Positions 26,975 to 64,000 of a DNA stretch of 64,000 bases are shown here, one piece after another. Origin of the DNA: Chara braunii (Eukaryota; Plantae; Charophyceae); NCBI GenBank assembly GCA_003427395.1, contig BFEA01000011.1:4980328-5044327 (forward strand), read 5' to 3'. Each line of letters opens with the position of its first letter. Within the stretch, counting starts at the first letter, position 1. The notes under the pieces are model-generated. The model searched no databases. It saw nothing but the letters and a program-made list of their open reading frames with translations, and was not told where the DNA came from. The translations under genes were made by a program, and so were the position numbers.

Positions 26975-29570
26975 AATATATATATATTTTTCAATAATTG
27001 GGTACATTGATTGAGACGTNNNNNNNNACTCATTTCATGATAATCTCAAACGGAGGCCGGGGACCTCACAATTCAACCCGGGGTACTGACAGCATCAGAC
27101 AGCTTAGCTTTCAGGCAACAGCCTGTAGAACCCGACGTTACTGAGTTCAAAATCCTACTTGGTAACGATAGTAGCAGAAGGTGGGGTACTGTCAGCATCA
27201 GCCAGCTTAGCTTTCAGGCAACAGCCTGCAGAACCCGACATTACTGAGTTCAAAATCCTACTTCGTAACGATCATAACAGAAGGTTAGGCTTTCTTTCTT
27301 GCACTTGTGGTGTTTCAACTCAGAATGTCTACGTACCCGGATGATAATCTTTAGCCTCTCCCCTCTGTGTTCTGTGCGTGAATACCTGTCTGCCTGTCAT
27401 ATTCTAGGCTGATCTAGTCTAATGACTGGGACTACCACGGCCCAGAGGACCTGGGACAGGTCCGAGTCCTACTAGACACTCTCTTAACGGCCTACCACGA
27501 CCCTAAACCACCGAGTGCCCTGGTGGGCGATCCTGCTTTCAGGGCATCCTCTCCTGACCTACCCATACTTGTCTAGTCTACCGTTCATTCCCCAGGGTTG
27601 TTCATCTCCAGGATCCAACGAGAGATGACCAGGCCCTCATTTGCCTGAACAGATGCCAGCTTCTGGTTTTCGCCCAGGGTCCTAGGTTCGCGTGAACCAC
27701 CTCAGTCGGCCTCGAGACCCTTTGCCAGCTTTAGCTTTCCTCCTCCAATCCACCCGGATGGCCTGTTTCAGGCCCTGCTTGATGGTGCATTTAGCCTCCA
27801 TGTCTGACATGGGTCTTTTCTGGAATCTTGCTGTGTTCCCGTTCCAGATCGCTTCATAGATAAGTCCCCTGACCACATGAGCTACGTACCCCCAACCTCT
27901 GTGTGAAAGTCCCCTGACCACATGAGCTACGTACCCCCAACCTCTGTGTCCTTTCACATTAGCAGGTAGGAAACCCAGCAACACCCATCTCTCATCCCAA
28001 CTTACAGTCTGATCTCCAAACTTCTTCCAATGGTATGACCACCGTTTCCATACCCGTTTGGATGCTGGGCACTCCCACCACAGGTGTCTGGTGGATTCAA
28101 ATGGCCACCTGCATCTCGAACATCCCAGATCTACCTCCATACCCCTACTCTTTAGCCAAACTGCTGACGGAGTGACTAGCAGGGACAGCAACCACATCAA
28201 GCTTACCTGTTTTCCGTTTGGCATTATTGTGAGAGTTTCCCACAGTCTCTCGAATTCAGGGCCTGATTACGATAGGTGTTCCGTCAGACTGCCTGCCATC
28301 TGGACGTAGCAATCTGCGCTGGCTCTTTCCGACTGGGGGCCGATCTCCGGTACCCTTGGGAGACTGTGTAGTCCAGCAGACACAAGGGCGATTCCTCCCT
28401 TGCACTAGGCGACCAACTCCATGCAGTGGGATCTAGGCTCGTCCAGCCGGGCTCCCTCCTTGCACTAGGCTAGCTCCCTCCTTGCACTAGGCGACCAACT
28501 CCTGCCGAGCCACACCCTTTGCTTCGCACAGTCCCGTTGTCAGGTTCCGTTACCTTGGATGCTCCTCTCCTCAGACCTTGTCCGAAGTCAGATGGCATTT
28601 GCCCCGTCTGGTTTCCTGAGGATCTCCTCTTCCGCTTGGGACAGATGCACCTGGTTCTCAGAGTGCTGTCGATATCTCACTCGGTGTCCTCCATGTCGCT
28701 CCCCATTCGCTCGATGCCACTCCTCCGACTGTCTGAACCTTGGACAATTGTCCTCAGTGTGGAAATACCATCGACAGCAGCGGCACCAATCTGTATATGG
28801 CGTTATGATCTCTACCTTCCAGCGTTCCCCCTCTGGTGACTGGATTACCGGATCGTCATCAATCCTTGATCTGGAATCCGGCGGCATCTCAAATTTGACA
28901 TTCATGAGCTTCGGCCGATCTTTGTCGTACTCCGGAAGGTGAATAGTTATAATCTCCCCGAAGAGCCCAGTCACTGCGCTGCCCAGGAAATAATAGGTGT
29001 CCAATGGCACTCTCAGTGCCATTATGCAGAACTTTGTCTCTGCTTCCTGTATTCGAAGGGCTTGCATCTCCTGTTTCGAGAGTCTTGGCTTGAACGACAC
29101 TGAGTAGTCCTTGTTGTCTTCCATCTTGATCTTGAGCTCTTTCTGTTGTATTAGCCAGGTGGCGATCTCCTTGGACTTGGCGACTTATGATGCAACATTC
29201 TAACCCTCAAACTTGACTCTTCCTCGTCTTGCTTCTGGTCTCTTTGTGGTCCAACCGTCTTCGTACGCCCTAATCAAGTCTTCCTTCACCGCTCGTGGCA
29301 AATTCCTTGCTTCGCCCTGGAATATGACCATGACCGATCTTTCTTTCAACCACTGCTCTTTCACTTTGTTTGCTGCTTCGTTCACTACAAACTGCCTTCC
29401 TTCCTCATCCTCTACTACCGTGCCAAGGTTCTTATCGTATGGACACACTCCCTCGTCGTAGCAATGTTCGATGGATTCTCTTACTTTGTCTAATTCCTCC
29501 CTGCCTGGGTTAGATCTCGAGTGTACTGCCTCTCTACCCCCCGGTTCCTCCATCTTGGTTCCTCTTCACT
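26975..29570 (-). mobile_element. Internally deleted L1-like LINE: ORF1 joined directly to the ORF2 C-terminal zf-RVT region and 3' UTR
   Basis: ORF1 fragments 29200-29553 and 28588-29124 with zinc knuckle CRCCRWYFHTEDNC; 27682-28224 CSRC..ESTRHLWWEC..SKRVW..AIWN; no room for EN or RT. Confidence 0.8.
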
Positions 29571-31322
29571 ACATCACAGAGGCACCGGCCTCGAATACCC
29601 AGTGTTAGGTACCACTTAGTATTTGGCAGACCGAGCCACCTATCGCTGGCTCGGTGATAGTAGGAGAAATTTAGTTACGGAGGTGCGTGGAGATTTGACG
29701 GGCGTGCACGGGAGGGAGAACCCCGATACTTTCAAGGACTAATGGAAAAACGCTGGATCACTCCGTTTTGCTCAGCTGTGGAAGAAGCACTATTGTTTTC
29801 CTTCCTTACCACAGAGGTCTGTTGAAAGCGGCTGCGATTACCCCTTCGGCTATCCGCACGAACTTGCAGGATTCCTGTTAGGGTAAATCTTCCTCGCTGT
29901 TGAAAAAATTACCTTTCTACCTTTTGCCCCGACTTTCTAGAGGTTGCCCACCCGAATTACAGTAGCGGAGGGCTGAGATCCGCTCCGATAATATCACTTG
30001 CTCCCAATTGCTGCCTGAGCCTGTATCTGATGCGACCAATTGACTTACATCGCCCTACCTCGTCTCCAACCTTCTTCCATGCTTACAGCTTTTTGGTTTG
30101 CTCCCATGTTCGTACCAGCGAATCCCCACGTGTGGGACTCTTCTGCTTTCGAGCTTAATGCTCCAGGCAGTGTTGTTATCTCTCTGTAACTGCCCTAACC
30201 GGCGACATACCTGGCTTCCCCGGACAGCTTTACCTCATCCTGTCTGTTCTTCAACAAACTACCATATTTCCTTCTTCACGGTAAACCTGGCTCCATCGAA
30301 ACCCGTTGCTTCATACACTTCTTTACTTCCGAGCTCCCAGCAATCGTATCGTCGGTGGACTTTCTTCTACCCCACCCTGAATGTCCTTCTATTCGCTGTT
30401 TCTTCTTCCTCATCCTCAGTCATTCGGTCGGGGCCCACCTACCCTAGCCGGCTATGGATTACCAGGGTAACGAAGCCGCCGAAAGGCGTAGCCTCTCCTC
30501 CGTCGAGAAAGAGGGCAGCTCGTTTCACCGTTCCTCGTCGCAATGGCGAGAGTGACAGCCCAGTAACGCCCCATGCGCTAATCGCGGGAGGCGACGGCCG
30601 CTGCGGAGCGCTACGCTACTCGCCCGCTCACGTCTGCTCCTCAGGATGATTGAGACGTTTCGATTATACGCACCGGAGGAAAAAAAAAAAAAAAAAAAAA
30701 AGAGGCTGGAAGCAGCGCTTCATTCACCATGTCTTATTTACCCTCGTCATCTCCACTCCTTCACGGCTCGTTACCGTCTTTCCCCCCCACATGAATGTAT
30801 GGAGCCATCTTTCCCATTCAGATACAGTCCTGTTTGGGCGGATTGCGATCGGTGGAAGACAGGGCAGCATCGCCTTGCTCCCCCTGGAACTGGTCGTTCT
30901 CCATTTTTTGTACTACTATCTTCTTCCACCGAATAGAACGCACCGTCCTCCAAACCGATGTTTTTTTTTTTTTTTTTTTTGGTAATGTGGTTCGAATCCG
31001 TCCGATGGACCGCGGATATGATATTGAACTGTTCAGAACAGATTCTACACTTGATCTTACTTAGCTAAAAGGCCGAGAAAGGTATACTTCTCTATTTTTC
31101 ATGGAATTTGGGGTGCTAAAAAAAAAAAAATTAAATGCATATTTGTGGTGCTTTTCAAGCTATTAGCCTATTGTTGTTTAAATCGTTTTACAGAGTTTTC
31201 TTTCTTTTTCAAAATTTGTGAGCTTCATCTCTAGAAAACGGACCCCGGGGAAAAAAAAAAAAAAAATCTCTTGAAACCGGTGGTGACAAAGTTGTCTCCG
31301 AATCATTTTTTGTGTTCGGCAG

Positions 31323-58926
<27,604 letters not shown>

Positions 58927-59170
58927 GTATGCCTGCTGTCACCGTTCAGTGTTCATGCATGCCTTGTACCTGTGTTGAGTCAGACGACTTCGCGTTGAGA
59001 TTTGACATTGAGCTTTGGAACCATGTCATAGGCTTGGCTTGTAGAGTGATGAGAGTGTGTTGTGACTGTTTGTGAGAATGTGAAGGTAGTCTTCGACAAC
59101 CTTGCACTCCATTTTTGCTGTCCTGTCAGCCATTTCTTCTTACTAACTTCTTAGAAAGCTGTCTCACTTG

Positions 59171-59508
59171 CTCAGGCAAAAGGAAAGGCAGGTGGAGTGA
59201 AAAGGACTCGGATTGATAATGACAATAGAAGGTCTTTTTCTAGGTTAAATGATGGCATCTGGCAGACCTAAATTTTCGGTCTGAGAGGAAAGAGAGGGAA
59301 TGGCCAAGCTGGCAGTCAATCCTTCGCTGAGATGGAGCAATCAATGCTGTCCAGGGGTCCTTCGGCCAGACGGAAGGATGCGTGAGTGAGTCTCAATGAT
59401 GTATTAATTCTTGACTTGCCGGTGGAATAGGAACCGGACTGACGCTCCCCAGAATAGAATGGAGCCGGGACCATAAGGCCCCATTTAAAAAAAAAAAAAA
59501 AAAAAAAA
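59171..59508 (+). mobile_element. 5'-truncated LINE insertion with polyA and TSD
   Basis: 18-bp TSD AGAAAGCTGTCTCACTTG at 59153-59170 and 59509-59526; ends GGACCATAAGGCCCCATTT-A(n). Confidence 0.85.
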
Positions 59509-60059
59509 AGAAAGCTGTCTCACTTGGTCAGTTGCTTCGTCCAACAGTTGCCAGAGAGCTTATGGATTCTTGCCAGTTCACTCAGGCAGTGTCTTTGCTC
59601 ATGCCTACCTCAGTCAGCAGGTGTCAGAGTGTAAGCACAGAAAAGATTCTTGTGAATAACCATCTCTCCTCATTCTTGTGTGCATCACCCTGCCTTTCAC
59701 ACTATGCTGCCATTGCTCGAAAAGAGCAGGGACACTATCTGTAGTCTGATCACGGGTGTGGAGTGTCGACGGAGGGCCCTTTGGGATCCAAATGAGAAAA
59801 CACTCCGACCATTCATCCCACAGCAGCAAGTGGTCCCGATCCGCCTTCCTGTCCGATTGACAGGTTCATTGGTGACGGGGTTGAACGTCATGGGCTCTCT
59901 TTTTTAATCCATTCTTCTGGTTGTGACTAGGTCACAATGAGTGACGGTCGATAGATGCATAGCATAAGCATGCTGCATGTGTCCCGCGCCTTGCTTGTGC
60001 CTGCAGACTCAGGGAAGAATTATCTGGGTACCTTGGCAGTGAGTGGATGCATAACATAA

Positions 60060-60470
60060 CCATTCCATGGCATGCTGGTGTTATGCATTCATTCACCGCC
60101 ACGGTACCCAGTTCATGCCGCAAAATTGTGCAAATGGTATATGGTATTATGGTTATGTTATGCATTCATTCGCCGCCACGGTACCCAGCTCATCCTGCAA
60201 AATTGTGCAAATGGTATAATATGGTTATGTTATGCATTCAGTCACCACAATGGTACCCACTTCATCCTGCAAAATTGTGCAAGTNNNNNNNNNNNNNNNN
60301 NNNNNNNNNNNNNNNNNNNNNNNNNNNNNNNNNNAATATGGTTACGTTATGCATTCATTCGCCGCCACGCTACCCAGTTCATCCTGCAAAATTGTGCAAA
60401 TGGTATAATATGGTTATGTTATGCATTCATTCGCCGCCACGCTACCCAGTTCATCCTGCAAATTGTGCAA
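60060..60470. repeat. 72-bp minisatellite preceded by an inverted partial unit
   Basis: ATGGTTATGTTATGCATTCATTCGCCGCCACG..AAATTGTGCAAATGGTATAAT repeated; inverted copy at 60026-60063. Confidence 0.85.
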
Positions 60471-60729
60471 AAATGCAAATGATATTCTGATTGCACAAGT
60501 TGTCAGAGGGATACCAATCACCTTCTACAAAACTGGTTCATCTACTTAACTTCTAAGTCTTTTTTCCTAGGTTGCCCTTCGACCGGGTTCTTGGCGTCAG
60601 GTGGTTAAGGCTCACAAACCGAGGCATTGATTGGGCCACGCCTGTTGTGAGACTGAAAGACACCCTGGGTGTATATTGGAAATGCCGTTTGGCTCCGAGT
60701 ATTACCCTAAGGTGAGCCTTCATTGCTTG

Positions 60730-61220
60730 TCCGGTTTAAGCTTTGCATCTACTGTAGGCAACATCCAACGGAGGAAGTGTTCCTTGCACTTGTTCCGGAC
60801 AATAGAGCGCCTTTTCCCCGAACCTCCTCCTCCTATCAATGCACTGCTGGAAGACTTTGAGCACGTGCACGAGAAACCTATTGGCATTCAACGTAGGGAT
60901 GTCAAGCACAAAAATTTGAGATCTCACTTGGCAGCCAACCGCGAAAGTCAACGATCTATCACATGCCTCCAGCAGAGCTAGAGGAACTGCACAAGCAGAT
61001 TGCAAAGCTCATTCATAAGGGCTGGATTCGCCCAAGCACATCTCAGTATGGAGTGTCTGTCCTTTTTGTTCCCAGGAAATCAGGTGAACTCAGGGTCTTT
61101 ATTGACTATCACGGCAGTGTTGCACACGCCGACCGTCGGCGACCCCTGACTGGTCGGCTGCCGACCCGCCGACCGGTCGGCTGGTCGGCACCCACCGGTC
61201 GGGGGTCGTTGGCACTCCGC

Positions 61221-61252
<32 letters not shown>

Positions 61253-61755
61253 CCAGTCCANANCCCCTAAAAACCNCANNAANACCCCCATACCCACCNN
61301 NAATNCNCNCANACANCCCGCCAAACCCACAAACCGGCCCCCAACACCCTCATAACCCCCCCCAATACCCCCTATACCACCCCTATGCCCCCCTATATCC
61401 CCCTATACACCCCACCCCCAACCCCCCCATCCCCAAAAGTTTCTCAGCGGAATCGGGCTGTACTCAGCAAGCACAGAACAGCTTCCAACTCAGATCTGAA
61501 AAAAAATTAGTGGATGGTTGTTTTCTGACTGGTCGGCAGACCGCCGACCGGTCGGCCCTACTGGTCGGCTGCAATATGGTCGGCGGTCGGGGTCGGCGGT
61601 CGGCAGGGATGCAACCATGTATCACGGGTTGAATCTGATCACTCACAAGAATGTGGAGCCTTTGCCGGACATTGATGACCTTTGGATCAGGTTGCGAGGT
61701 CGCAAATATTTCTCCAAGATTGACCTCCAATCTGGTTACCGTCACATTGAAGTTC
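60730..61755 (+). mobile_element. Ty3/gypsy pol (RT) fragment interrupted by the hAT MITE
   Basis: ELEELHKQIAKLIHKGWIRPSTSQYGVSVLFVPRKSGELRVFIDYHG|LNLITHKNVEPLPDIDDL..FSKIDLQSGYRHIEV is contiguous once the MITE and one TSD are removed. Confidence 0.9.
61115..61619. mobile_element. hAT-type MITE inserted in a gypsy RT
   Basis: TIRs CAGTGTTGCA...TGCAACCATG; exact 8-bp TSD TATCACGG at 61107-61114 and 61620-61627. Confidence 0.9.
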
Positions 61756-62690
61756 TTTTTTTTTAAAAAACAGGTCCTTATGGCCGCGTTTCCCGGGCAT
61801 AGATATGGATTGAGCGAGCTCTGGTTCAGTAGGTAGCCAGTGCGAGGCAACGAAAAAATATTGAGAGAGGAGAATAGTGTAGTGAATGCATCTGTCCCCC
61901 ATATGAGGAGAAAGACAACTTTTTTCTCGTTCATATAAAAAAGAAAAGACAAAGCCCATAGTGCTGCTGCTCTTGCCCAATACTCTGTGGCTCCCCTCCC
62001 AGAGCACCCCCTTCAACTGCTCCTCTGGACTAATTTACCCACCAACTTAGGCCAATCAGAGAAAATCTGGTTCGGGATGGTACACAAGGTCAGGCTATGA
62101 GCCATATGGAAGGAGAGATGCAGCAGAGCTCTGGATGGCACGAAGAATCCACGAGAGAAAGTATGGGCAGCAACCAAAGAGATGATTGAAGCGGAAATCC
62201 TGTGTCATTGGAGAAAGGTTAAACTCTGGGTGCAGAACAATCCAGAGACAGAACAGGTGACACTTGCTAAATTCAACCGGATCTGGTTGGTAGGTGACAA
62301 AGTGGCATGGCTGAATGGGCACGTTTTACGGTGGAAAGAATGGCACAATTCGGTCAAGTTCGTATCCCAGCAGAACACCCAGGTACTTGAGGAACCAGCC
62401 CCAATCTGGGCCTAGAAGAGCATCCAAGATGCACGCGCGACAGGCGGAAGCCGATGTTTCACTTGGAACTCATGGAAAAAGATTAATCTTCTTTAGGGTT
62501 TAGAGATTAGGGCTGAGGGTTTGGACAGAAACAAGACAAGCAGGGGTTAGAATGCTAAGGATTTCACGACGCTTATTTGCGGGGCTTACGGTTTAGACGG
62601 CATTGGCAACAGTTGTAGCTTCGCAGACCTTTCTTGTTTTGCACGTTTTATCTGACAGGTTCTTATGTAGTCCTGAGAGGAAAGTGTGAG
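61756..62690. mobile_element. L1-like LINE 3' fragment with an apparent internal inversion
   Basis: Poly(T) plus a minus-strand 3' end (GGCCATAAGGACC), then plus-strand ORF2 C-terminus AIWKERC..MIEAEILCHW. Confidence 0.55.
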
Positions 62691-64000
62691 GATTGAGCCC
62701 TCATTGGGGCCTTGCCAACATGCATATGTTCTGGGCTAAGGCCCCCAGCAAGCCTCATGCCCGCCCTAAGTGAAGGCGGGCCAGAATATCCACGAGAGGC
62801 CTTTCTTTCAGCATTTCATGAAATGGGTATCAGACAGTTGCAGCATGCCAGTTGGTTGGAGTGCATCGTGAAGCCCAGACTCCTGCAGAAGCAGTTGAGC
62901 CCTGGGCACAAGCCAGGGGAGGCCGACACATCACACATTGGACGCTGGCCAACAGCGTTGTCGTCGTAGAGGCCGAGTCTGCCAATGGGAAACCGGCCCG
63001 CTATCTGAATCTGGACATCGGCCCTGGGATGATGGGCGCAACTGTAAAAGTCTGGGCCCCATCTGCATTGGGCCTGGACACAGATACCGGGGCCCAGTCG
63101 CAGGCTAGAGGGAGCCGCCGCACACGCGCCTACCACGACATATAGGCAGTCTGGGCGCAGGGGAAGGGATCTTGGCCGGTGCGGCATTGTCGGCACGCTG
63201 CTGCATTGTGTAGCGAGCGCGTGCATGCTGCGCTAGGTGGTCAATCGCGCTAGCGGGCGCAGAGGTGTGGGGGCGTTGCAGGGCAGCTAGCGCCGGCAGC
63301 CATAGCCGGGCTGCAGGGCGCAGTAAGAGGCAGGGAGGCGAAGGTGGTCTTCGGGAAGGAGGCACGAGAGTGGGGAGACGGGATAAGAGTGGGGAGCAAC
63401 AGAGGTACTTACCTGGCGTGCAGAGAGGAGGTCGGCATTGGTGTTGACGTCAAGCACGCTGGTCTTCAAGTCGTCTGGTTGTGATCATGCTGTAGTTGTA
63501 GCTGTAGGGAGTAGTGTAGGTAGGGAGCCAGCGCCGTTCAGAGAGAGAGAGCTATATTGGGTTCTGTTGTTGGTGTGGCCCTACGAGCTGGGACATTGAC
63601 CTCACGATTCTGCTGTATTGTTCTCATATGACTGGTTTCTTGGTTCCAATGTGCCATCTGCTTTTTGTTTGACTACTTGGACTTCAGCGTGATTTGCAAT
63701 TTGGATTTCTGTGCTTCGCTCACATTCATGTTCCTTGCAAAAGGTGCAAGCAGGGCAAGCTGACAGTTAATCCTCCACGTTGTTGGAGTAATCAATGCTG
63801 ATCAGGGTTCCTTCGACCAGACAGAAGGAAGCGTGAGGGTGTTCTATTGTGGCATACTGCGTAGCCACACGGGCCCTGCAGGGCCCGTCCTGGACTTTCA
63901 GCCTAAAAGCCTAAAAGTTAGGGCTTACAGGCCCCAGTCGTTTCAGCCTGGAAGCTGAAATACGAGGGCCTGCAGGCCCTATTCCGTTTCAGCCTATTTC

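Noticed and set aside
58927-64000. Terminal DCTN2 exon
   Set aside because: No AG-flanked segment encoding the expected short C-terminal coiled coil was found; it probably lies beyond the window.

Overview
Repeat-rich eukaryotic genomic DNA with several N gaps. Two U6 snRNA copies have plant-type 5' and 3' ends, and the mix of Ty3/gypsy, DIRS, L1-like LINEs, tRNA-SINEs and dense microsatellites points to a green-lineage genome, most plausibly a charophyte alga such as Chara (my inference). One host gene is recognisable: seven phase-compatible GT-AG exons on the + strand (31323-58926) encode about 403 aa collinear with dynactin subunit 2 (p50/dynamitin, DCTN2). Its first exon is uncertain and its last exon is probably outside the window. 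This is notable because dynactin and cytoplasmic dynein-1 are generally regarded as lost in plants. Its introns are full of nested mobile elements. The most striking is a hAT-type element (8-bp TSD) containing a near full-length U6 retrocopy and an intact type III hammerhead ribozyme. The ribozyme belongs to a small repeat family ending in (AT)n, with four copies in the window, all sense to the host pre-mRNA. The first 30 kb is intergenic TE debris: a DIRS RT-RNaseH-methylase remnant, an LTR with PBS, an internally deleted LINE, SINEs and tandem arrays.
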